A DNA stretch of 63,990 nucleotides, the filler included, from Catajapyx aquilonaris (lineage: Eukaryota), in NCBI GenBank assembly GCA_000934665.2. It is 3 parts of 3 records of this genome, joined end to end, with 100 filler letters (N's around TTAATTAATTAA, not from the genome) between each part and the next. Parts side by side here need not be neighbours in the genome. Positions count along the whole stretch, not along the records: positions 1 to 21,659 come from JYFJ02006022.1; positions 21,760 to 43,304 come from JYFJ02006023.1; 1 more part is not named here. One strand, given 5' to 3'. Position numbers and translations under genes: made by a program. This document shows positions 13,106-23,594 of this stretch, in pieces. The stretch's first letter is position 1, and each line of letters opens with the position of its first letter. The notes beneath the pieces are model-generated. The model was not told the origin of the DNA. It searched no databases and worked only from the letters and a program-made list of their open reading frames with translations.

Positions 13106-16100
13106 ATGATGCTGGCGATTCTTCAACTGCTTCTGGGAACACCACTGTTGGCAACGGGATTGCCGATTGTCACTATAAATCGGTCCAGTGACGAGGCTAC
13201 GGGACTGGTGTCATCCCTGGTGAAGCAAATCCATGGCGAGAAGAAGGACTGCCTCCTGGTCCTGGGCCACGACTACCAGAAGCTTCCCTGGGAGATGGGG
13301 TCTCTGTTGCAACAAGTGTCCGACCAGGGAGGGGCCTCCGCGTCCGTCCGGTGGACACGGGACACTCCTGCCCCGAAACCCAACACTGGAGGACAGGAAG
13401 GAGGCTTCGAGTACTGGTTCTCCTGGCTGGAGAGACCAACGTCCAGGTTCATCAGCACCTGCTCTCTCTTCCTCTTCGCCTACCACCAACCCAATCTGAT
13501 GCCCCTGGTCAAATACGTCGCCAGCTTGGTCCGGATGAACCCCAGGTATGACCGGTTCGTCTTCTTCAGCCCTGATTCAGACGTGGACGATGCACTGACC
13601 AACACTGACTTGGACTTTCGCTTCAAGATGGGGCTCGCCTACGACACAGCCTCGCAATACCTGGAAATCAAAAACCTGTGCCAGTTTTGCGACACGGGAA
13701 AGGCCAAAGTCATGGGACGAGGGAGGTACCCTGGTCACGAGGTGCCGGGCGAGTTTTTCCCTGACTACACCAAAGACCTGCATGGTGTGCATCTGAACAT
13801 GTCGTTTTCAATAGAGGCAACCAAGGAAGACGTCAGGTTCATGGCACAGGAAGGCCAAGCTGTTTTGCCATACTTTAGTAACTATTTGGCATGCAGCGAC
13901 GTCCTCAACTTCGACTGGCACATTGATGACTACCCTGAACCAGAAGGCACGCCAATAATGAAACCGGACGGCAACTACACCGGCTTGGCCGGACCCCTGC
14001 AGAGGAAGGAGGTCATGTGGGGTGGTTTGTATTGCTTTGCCGAGACAATCAGTGTGGTGGACATGCCAACGTGCCATTACCAGGTTGTCAACACTTACGC
14101 CCTCCGAACTCCTCGACTCCAGTTCTCCTGGACAGCCGTCTTTAAGCCATACACCTTGGGGGTGTGGGCCTCCATCTTCGTCTCAACCCTAGTGGTCAGC
14201 CTGGGTTTCTACCTGATGCTTAAGACGTCCCGATCAATTGGAAATCCATTTCCTGATGGAAAACGACACCCTACGCATCTCAGCCTGTATTCACTGAGGT
14301 AGGCTATACGTTCTATGCTTGATTTTCTTAATATAAAGTCTTTTTTCTGCTCTTTTTTGCAAAAAAAAAACATAATCAGTACCGGTAGGTCGAGGAATTT
14401 GGTTTTTTTGACTGCCTCCAGGCCAAAAACATATTTATGACAAATAATGAATGGTCATTACGAGTTACCAGTGACCTAAGGGACATGGAAATAGCGATGA
14501 ATTTCCTTGGACAAAAATCGTGTTGGATATTGTCATATGTGTTCTTGTCGCAAAAATCGCGAAACTTATTGAAGGCTCATGCGGGGCATGAAGATGAAGT
14601 ACGGAAATTAGTAGTAACACATAAGCACTACCATTAGTCCATTACTCACCCCCATCAATTAACCTACTCCATCATTTACACCTATCTAAACAAACCATCT
14701 TTGCCTCAGCCACGTCCATATGGTCCTATTGACACATGAACGTCTAGGCTTAACATTATCAACACCCCCCTTAGGGCCTATTCTCATATCTGCGAATAGT
14801 CAAAAAATCGCGTGCGAATTTGGCTTTTCCCGCGCGTGCGAGTCATGGCCTGTGCGAGTAGTGCGCGGGAGGGAGATTCGAATTCGAACGTGGACTAGCG
14901 GAAAATAATGAGTCCGCCACAGCTGTAGTGTTGTACAAATGATTTTTCGTCGCTATTTTGGGCTGGGATGTCAGGACAAGGTTCCTGGACAATTATAAGG
15001 TGGGTGAAGCAGTTCCGGGGCACTTGGACACAGCATCGTGTCTGGACCAGAAAATCACTGGACATCTAAGGACACAGCAGACTCCTCATGGGGGTACGCA
15101 ATGTGCCACTCCGAAGTCCACGACGATTGTCCATTACACCATTTAGGCAATCCTTGGCACTAGGAATGTCGCTCCCTGGATCGCTCCCTGTGCTGCAGCA
15201 TGTTCCATGATGACCTACACCAGGGCTATTCTACTGGCGGACCGCGACGTAATTTTGTCCGGACTGCGACGATATACATGCAGTTTGAAATAACATTAGA
15301 AATTACTATAATTCAGGATTTTTTGGGGAAAAAGTGCTACCAATTTTATCAAATACACACCCATTCACATCTCCAACTTTCACCTAAGCTCGTGTGACGT
15401 TCACCCCCCCCCCCCCCCATTTCGCCTGCGGCGGACTTGCTCCCCGCCATTTACGGCTTGTTCACCTTGTGCTTATGAAATCCCCCCCCCCTCCGAAATT
15501 TTTCTGCCTACGCGCCTGTACAGGACATCATAAAATGCAAAAATGTCTTGATATGTAGGATACTGTCTTGATAGGCCCTTCTACCCTTGCTGCACATGTT
15601 TCTATTTTCAAAAATGAACCCTGTGGTACCACTGATATAAAAATTATCACAAAAACCTTCCATTCTGTAAAAAAAGGGTAGTAAGACCTGTATGGCGGAT
15701 AGAAATTAATTAAACAAGACAGGTATGCGTAAGACCTAGCTTCACTAGATTATTATTAAAGGATATCGTAATGCTACATTACGAAGGGTATGTGTAAAAT
15801 TTTTACTAATATGTGAATATGTAAGCAGGGTCTTACTCATGCATAATAATAATATAATATAACAAGATAATATAAATTTATTTATAATATAATATATATC
15901 TTATGAAATACTTAAATTTTTACTGAAACACTTGGCATGAACTGTCTTAGGTTTCAACTAATATGTGAATATGTAAGCCAGGTCTTACTCATGGATCATA
16001 TAACATGATGATAATGTAGCTATTATTTTTATATATAATATGTAATATGTAATATACCTCCATTTGTACTGAGACACGTGGAATTAAACAATCCGCTTAA

Positions 16101-19100
16101 TTAATATTCAATGAAATAGTACCTACCGAACAATGATGCCCCCCTACCTACTTATAATACAGATATCATGATCGTCATACCATGATTGATAAGGTAATTT
16201 GTAATTTTCTCAGACTAATTTTAAGTATGTAGAACTAATAATATTATTATTATAATTCGTAATGATATCAGAAGTTCATAGGCTTGCAGCATTGGTTGAC
16301 AAGATACACGTCTCATCCTATATTTTCAGCAAATTATAATATAAAGAAATGCATGAGTAAGACCCTGCTTACATATTCACATATGAGTAAAAATTTTACA
16401 CATACCCTTCGTAATGTAGCATTACGATATCCTTTAATAATAATCTAGTGAAGCTAGGTCTTACGCATACCTGTCTTGTTTAATTAATTTCTATCCGCCA
16501 TACAGGTCTTACTACCCTTTTTTACAGAATGGAAGGTTTTTGTGATAATTGCAGTTCTTTTTAAAAATTTATGTGCTTGGTACATGCTAGCACTCTCACG
16601 CGGACGGGTCGCGAAACGGCCCTGTGCTTGGCAAATGAGTGAAAATAACAGGTGACTAACTTACTACTTAATTTCGAACGGTGGAATTTTCGTCGTACTA
16701 CGAGTTACTGCTAACTTAGCAGTACATTTGCAGTATTGCACTTATACACTGGTACTGCTATAAGTTAGAAGTAACTAGTAGTACGACAAAAATTCCACCC
16801 TAACTTACTAACAGAACAGAGGTGGGCACAGCTATCCGAAAAATTAGCTTCTCTAACAGCTAATAGGCTAACTAAAATTCGCCTTTGCTAAATAGCTAAA
16901 GCTAAGGATTTAATCGGGCGCGTTTACGTTAACCTCTTGTACGACCATAATTATTACGTTGCCGCATAGCTCGTCTGCTACATATACGCAAATGTGCAAT
17001 TAATACCCAATGACATTAAAGTGCATAATATATTTCTGCAGTGGACTTGGCCACTTTTGATCTCAGACCCATCGTCACTAGCCATTATTGTCACCCAACT
17101 TCTGCAGTATATTGTAAAATATGCGCCTGTAAATGAGCTGACTATTGGACCAAATAGCAAGTGCTGACCAGCATCTATTGTACCGAATAAGCTATAATTA
17201 ACTCAGGGGGCTGGTTGAGGTAAGATTTTGGGTGAGGAGCAACAGTGACCATTATTTTTGTACTTCATGGCGGGGTGGTACGAGACGCATTCTTTTCCTA
17301 CAAAAATTGTAGAAGGTGTACTGTACATCAGAATACTAATGTATCCTACTAGCTACAGGGCGTCACTCCGCCTCAACCCCGGGTTCAACCCTACCCCTCG
17401 TTCGAATTCCATTATGAATACGGGCCTAATTATGAATAGAGAATGTTTAATTTTTTTTATAGAGAGTTACATCGTTGCTAAGAAAAGAACTTTATTATTA
17501 TAGAGAATACCGATATAAGATTTTTTTCTGGCGTTGTACGAAGGAATTCGCTATAACCTGACAGGAAAAGGATCGTCCGTCACGCCGAGCTGGTGTCATG
17601 TTCAAACTGTGAAACCTTTATCTGTAAGGGTTTTTGAGTTATGCTTCGTCAAAAAAGCGGAACATTTCATTGTTGTTTTCGGTCGTTTGGTCTTACTATA
17701 GGGACTANGGGGGGGGGGTCCGGACCTTCATCAATGGCCCTGGAAAGGTAATTACTGGACCTTGTCATAAACTAGTTGAATACCCCTGACCTACACTTTC
17801 ATTCTTACATGATGGAGGTCATGCAACAATTGAACGTACAGGACAAAGTGGGGGGACGTCCCACGTGACTCAGCTCTGCGCCCTGATTGGTCACTCGCAG
17901 TACGAAATCGCGCAGACAAGTTCGCACACGCGTGTTTTTTCAACCCTGGGTAGATAAATTCGCATCACGATTTCACGCACGAAAATATCAAATTTTCAAG
18001 CACTACTCTACTCGCACGCGCGTGAAAATCCAAATTCGCAGCGATATTTCGACCATTCGCAGATATGATAATAGACCTTCATGCTTAATAAGGCACAGAC
18101 CGATCTGGTCCAGCCATGTCTTCCTAGGCTACCCTTGCTCCTATTACCAACTACTTCACCCAAATCCTCCTCCTTCATCCACTCCACCTTATATCTTTAA
18201 CAGTCTCCTTAACATTACACCACTGCAATATTAGTAACCCCACAAACAACCCTTAGATAACGCATCTCTGTAGCCAACACGTGCCCTATAGTCTCATGCC
18301 TATCTACCCAAACCCACGATTCACTATACCATGTATAAGTGAAGGAACAATAACGTGAGAATAGACAGACAGATACCTACTTATATATAGAAAACTTACT
18401 TGTGGCACCCATTACTTTCAACCCAGAACTAACCCTCCTGTCTATCTCCCATCCGTTCTACCATTACTCTCAATGACACTACCCAGTTATACACACTGGT
18501 TCACCTGCTCAACCAGTTTTCCTCGTACCTGCGACGTACAAGGAGAAACCTGCTTTCCTCTTTCAAATACCACTACCTTAGTCTTATCTACATTAATCCC
18601 ATACCCCTCTTCTCACAAGCATACTATAGAGTATAGAGTCAACTGTAAATCAGCCTCATTGTCTGCCAGAAGGGCAGAATCATCTGCATGCAGCAAATGA
18701 CTAACTATCTCATCCCCCAAAAAATGTACGTACTCCCACACCTTTAATCATAGCTTTTCTGACACAAGCATCTAAATACAAATTAAATAATCAGGGAGAA
18801 CTCAGGGATGACACAACCATGCTTAACCCCCAAAATGTGTAAGTTTTTAAATATAGGATGCGGTGGCGTATGTATCGCCTGGGGCTTTCCTGAGGCGTAT
18901 CATAGATGAACATCTTTTCAAGTCGTTCGTATAACACTACTACTTGCCATTTCAAATTTTAGACTCCTGGTGACTTCATATTATGACCTTGAGTCACTTG
19001 TGGTTGGGGTTGACCTTAGCGATTCAAAAAACCTCTCAAACAATACCTCACTCGACCTCACTTGCCACATATAGGGTCTATGCGAGTTCCTTATTGTCAT

Positions 19101-20431
19101 CCTGAGAAATGCCGTAACCCTGGACGCCATGTTGTTTGTGAGTCACAGGTAACCTAATCCCAAATCGGGGCTCTAACATCGATTTTCGAAATCAGCGGGG
19201 TCGAATTAGTCTTAAAAGGTTTGGTTTGAACTTATTTCTAATTTTGCTTCCAACAGGAAAGTAGGTCTATATTGAGCACGATATGATTAATCATTTTATG
19301 CCTGGCAATATCGATTCAGTAGTTTACTTTACCGGTATTTTAATTTGTTCAGTTCCAATAATACTGGGAGCTCTGTCATTCGTCCATTTCATTCCTACAC
19401 ATCAATGCGATCAAATTATTCACTAAGCGTTAGAGTTCGCGTTAGTCTTCTATCGTACGTGCATAGGTTTGCGGTGATTCAGCTTACTTTATACTGCTGA
19501 CAATGTATATAGGCTGAAAGTTGAAAGCATGTACTGTACTACAGTGGGGCTATGCATAATTTTTATACTGTATTAACTAAATGGTATTATTTTTTATTGA
19601 TGTTATATTCATGTTTTAATGATATATCAATGTTCATTGTTATTAATGCCCTCTAGGTTCGCCTTTTCGGCTCTGATCGAAGAGAATCCCAACCTCATCC
19701 CGACGGCCACTTCTGTTCGCGTGCTGATATGTGTCTGGGCCCTGGTGTGTGACGTCCTGGTTTGCGGATACGAGGCCAAGTTCTTTGCCTTTCTGGTGTC
19801 CCCTGAAGAGGAGAAGCTGCCAATGAGCATGAAGGAGCTGGCTTCGACTCCGGGATGGGTATGGGGGTGCATGGATGGCGTAAATGAGTTTCTCGCCACG
19901 TCTCTCACTCTGTCAGAAGTTGGCTACCACAGCGACATAAATGCGGGGATGCAGAAGGGCGCTGGAATGATCGAGTGTGTCCAGAGGGCGATGAAAGAGA
20001 ACTTTGCCTGCTTCTCTGTTGCTGTCCTTCTGAGTGCCATGAGTGTTCAGGAAATGGATCTGGATGGAATAATACCTGCCAAAATCATCTATGACCTGTC
20101 CCTGACAGGCTATGCTGGTGGCGCGACGAACAAGTATTCAGTCATGGAGCACTCCTTTAAGAGATACGAGTACAAATTAGAAGCGTCTGGGTTGCTGAGC
20201 GAGCATTACTTTTCTCTTTTTGAGTATAGCTTGATGTTGCTCTCCCTCAGATCGGCACGAAAGAAAAACCTGTCTTACAAAACCTCCATGGCTCTGACTA
20301 TAAGTCAGTTCGAGACTCCTTTGGTGGCACATTGCGCCATCATGACCATTGCTCTCGTGGTTTTCATTTACGAGCTGTTGAAATACAGATACGGGAAGAG
20401 AAATGAAGAACCGGTAGTGAATACCTCTTAA
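13106..20431 (+). CDS. Divergent ionotropic receptor (variant iGluR family), 2 exons, 655 aa
   Basis: Exon 1 13106-14298 (signal peptide MMLAILQLLLGTPLLATG; FFPDYTKDLHG; DGNYTGLAG; AVFKPYTLGVW) splices ag|gtaggc ... tctag|g across a 5358-bp phase-2 intron to exon 2 19657-20431 (YSLRFAFSALIEE pore; CGYEAKFFAFL; LEASGLL; LTISQFETPLVAH final TM). Total 1968 nt, no internal stops. Confidence 0.88.
15642..16550. repeat. ~200-bp near-identical inverted repeat with ~500-bp spacer
   Basis: 15642-15844 is the reverse complement of 16349-16550, with about two differences seen. Confidence 0.9.
16680..16800. mobile_element. Short palindromic MITE
   Basis: ggtggaattttcgtcgtactacgagttactgctaactta ... taagttagaagtaactagtagtacgacaaaaattccacc. 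Confidence 0.7.
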
Positions 20432-20756
20432 AAATTAATAAGACAGCTGGAATTCGTAAGCTACTTCATATGCATGTCATTGGCACACCTTATTAGCAGT
20501 AAGGAAATTCTCCTTATATCACTACTTAGTCATCCAAAATGTAAGGTCTAAGCGACATACGGTACCCCTCAGTATAGTTCATTTATCACAATACAAAATG
20601 AAACATTGCACTATATAGATTGTAGTGTATTAGTAGGCATTAGCACTGACGTGAGCAGAAAAATTGCTTTGGTGTAAAATACAGTAGTACAATGATTGTA
20701 TTGTACAATTCTTTAATCAGAACTTTACTTGATGTTTATGTCGTTTTGTTATTAAT

Positions 20757-20759
20757 GTA

Positions 20760-20823
<64 letters not shown>

Positions 20824-21300
20824 TTATTACCACACACCCCAGCGATGTTACTACATCAAAGTAGAGGGGGGGGGGGGAGTCTCAGAGGGTTACATCACAA
20901 AACCGAAAATTTTTTACCAATGCACAAAAAAAGAAAAACAAGTTTGTGGCATGTCTGGGGAGGTTCAAAATTAATACATGATTAAATCGGTCTGGAGGTG
21001 ATCTCGGAAAATTCTGTAAATACTTCAATCTTGGCGCTGAGCCAAAAGTACACTCATAGATCACATGGAACAGGTCAAATCTGTCAGGGATATTACACAA
21101 GGAACAGTTTTCCTCTGAATTCAGCGGAATCCTATAGCCATTTATAAATAAATAGTGTGAGCTGTTACGTAAATTTATTATCAGTCTCTTTATTGGCAGT
21201 GGCAGCGGTGAGAGAAGATATTGCTCAAGCTGGAAATCAACTTTAATTTCCTTGTACAGCTCGTATGTATGCGATCTCGCCAAACTTTGCCTGTCCGACT
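20757..21300 (-). mobile_element. 5'-truncated LINE 3' end (RT C-terminal zinc knuckle) with (CTTA)n tail
   Basis: ORF 20882-21283: LEQYLL..LIINLRNSSHYL..ENCSLCNIPDRFDLFHVIYEC (CX2CX8HX4C), then 3'UTR with aataaa and a (ctta)n tail, seen as (TAAG)n on +. Confidence 0.8.
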
Positions 21301-21659
21301 CAATGGAAACATCAGTTATTCTAATAATGGTTGATGTTTGCCTCGATTAGATGCAGATCAAGATTCGACCTCATTCTTCGGGGAAGCATATAGACTACTG
21401 ATATAAAAATGCTATTCACTATAATGAGGAATGTATTGCGGCGAGCGGTCACTCGGCCTTCTGAGAGGTCCAGTGACCACTTCGGGTATAACAAGCAAAT
21501 GACCATTTTTTTTGGAAAGTGCATATCGTGACTGCATCGTACATGAAATTTCTTTGATGTCGGACCCCGGGAAGTGCCGGAAATGACGTCATCAAGATGG
21601 CCGAAATTGAACATTGCTAGGGTGCTAGAAATGAATTTATGGAGCCCCCGGTACTCGTT

Positions 21660-21759
21660 NNNNNNNNNNNNNNNNNNNNNNNNNNNNNNNNNNNNNNNNN
21701 NNNTTAATTAATTAANNNNNNNNNNNNNNNNNNNNNNNNNNNNNNNNNNNNNNNNNNNN
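21660..21759. other. Artificial contig-joining spacer
   Basis: 44 N + TTAATTAATTAA (stop codon in all six frames) + 44 N = 100 bp. Confidence 0.97.
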
Positions 21760-22141
21760 GCTCCTCTCCCGTCTTCTGATGAAGACCTGCGGCGAGTCGG
21801 AACCGTTCAAAACGTCGGCGCCACCTTGGCCACTCCGACGGTGCAGAAAATGCGAAGGGCTCTGGGGGAGGAACTTGATAATATGCTGCCATATTCAAAA
21901 TGCCTGGAACTCCAGCAACAGGATTTGCACTGTCCCCCGCCAGTCAACTTGCAACTTCAACGTCTAATGGAGCGAAGTCCCCGTGACGTTACTCACGATG
22001 ACCCGGAAACCTTGTACCACTTGTACCGCTGCCACCATGTTGTGTTATCAGGGAGCTACTCAAAAGACTCGACTTGTCTTTGGAATGTCATCTAATCACT
22101 TTACTAACAAACACTACCATGGATACATGGATACTACAACA
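21760..22141 (-). mobile_element. Ty3/Gypsy retrotransposon 5' end: short LTR (22038-22141), PBS, start of gag
   Basis: LTR bounded by TGTTGT...ACAACA, followed on the minus strand by PBS tggtggcagcggt (tRNA-Leu-like) and gag MAAYYQVPPPEPFAFSAPSEWPRWRRRFERFRLAAGL. Truncated by the contig end. Confidence 0.85.
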
Positions 22142-23594
22142 GTATGGCATACTTTTGTTGGTGTAGTGTGCAACAATGGTGGCAACGCTTTTTTTCTTTG
22201 AGTTTTTTTTTGTGAGTGAGCCCAGTGTAAGACCTCGTGACCAGCAGTGTGTATGCAGAAACATTGTGAACTTTTTGAACCTTTTGAACTTTTTGAACCC
22301 ATGTGTGAGGTGTTTTTGTGGCGGTTTACCCATCCTTTTCCTCCCAGCAATTTCCCCTCCCATTCCCAAGTTAATCCTTTTGGCCCTGTGTTGGAGCTGG
22401 CAAGAAGGTCGACGTCTGTAACATCTTGGTGTGATGTTGGACAGTTCGTGGCGACACTGGGGCTGGTGACCTCGTCGCATGCTTGGCGGCCATGGTCGGG
22501 CCAGCATGCGGGTGCAGAGGCGCCCGTTGGCCGTGAGTACACCGGCGATGGACTGTTGGTGTGCTGCGCGGAGGTGCCTGACATGTTACCGGTCAGGATG
22601 GACGTAGGTGCGCCGCCGGTGGAGGTTCTGTCTGGACTCTGACCTGGCTCTGAAACAGATGTTGTGGGTGGTGGCAGCCCAGCAGGGGGACCCAGGCTGT
22701 CCGGCAGTGGACATCAGAAGTTTCTGCGGACCAGCTGTGCTTCCTGGACTGACACGCCATGTTTCCTGCACTTGGACCTACGAACATTTTCTCCCTTCAC
22801 CCCTACCCCCGCCACATTACATTGGTTGGACGTTAAGTAATTTTGTGATTATTCTGATGATGTCTTTTTGTGCGTTTGGATGAATTGTGAGTTTGTACAG
22901 CCCCGCCTTTTGTTTGTGAGGGGGGCACTGTGGCAGTCTGCCTATTTTAGTGGCTGCTGCCAACAGAGGGCAGCACTGTGGATAGGGTGGGGAGCCACCT
23001 GGCGGATGTTGAGGGAAGGTGAGGAGACGAGGCGAGGCGAGGGAACAGGGTGGTTGGGTGGGAGGTGACCTCCTGGTGTCCTGTGTCTGGGGGGCCGTTG
23101 GGCCCCATGCCCTGTGCGTAAGTGTTCTGTGTGTATGCTGGGTATGATTGTGAGTGTGCAATAAACAGTTTTATACAGGAACTGTGTGACTCCTTTGTCT
23201 GGGGTGAGTGGGATAAAGGGGTCGGGGCTAGGCCTGGTGTGTGTCTGGGTCTGGTCCCATGTGTCGTGCCCTCTTTAGCCGGGCGGGTACGTCACACCTG
23301 ACGTTTAAGTTTAGTCCCAGGAAAGCGTTCTGGCCTTTTAAAAAAAGCATTTCGGGGTCTGGCTGTCCATTCTGCATATGGATGGTTCGAAAAGGAGCAT
23401 TCTTCAGAATGTATGGTTTGACATTGAACATTCTGCAGAATGGACAATTTTTTCGCCTAATGGCCGTTTTCGGGGTCTGAGCCTAACACAAACACTCAAT
23501 CATCCATCCCTTTCTTCAAAAACGTCCAGATGATACATCTACATCTGCCTAAAATCACTGGGCATAATTCATCAATCACACTGTGGATACTAAC

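Larger units (their letters stand above)
15221..17788. mobile_element. hAT (Charlie-type) non-autonomous element
   Basis: TIRs cagggctattctact / agttgaatacccctg, with perfect 8-bp TSD acctacac at 15213-15220 and 17789-17796. Confidence 0.85.
14774..18078. mobile_element. PIF/Harbinger-type MITE inflated by nested insertions
   Basis: ~70-bp TIRs gggcctattctcatatctgcgaat... / ...attcgcagatatgataatagacct, flanked by TTA / TCA (3-bp TSD-like). Confidence 0.75.
14620..18835 (-). mobile_element. RTE-clade LINE remnant, interrupted by later insertions (RT part 18081-18835; probable 3' end 14620-14770)
   Basis: Minus strand reads GVKHGCV, VSHLLHADDSALLADNEADLQ, INVDKTKVVVF, LGSVIESNG, SESWVW, EMRYLR, with stops and frameshifts. 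Confidence 0.8.

Noticed and set aside
21704..21715. TTAATTAATTAA as a biological motif
   Set aside because: It sits between exactly 44 N on each side at two places: a synthetic linker.
22200..23230. GC-rich ORFs of 130-156 aa and an LTR-like tract
   Set aside because: Probably retroelement remains, but I could not identify a domain or paired boundaries.
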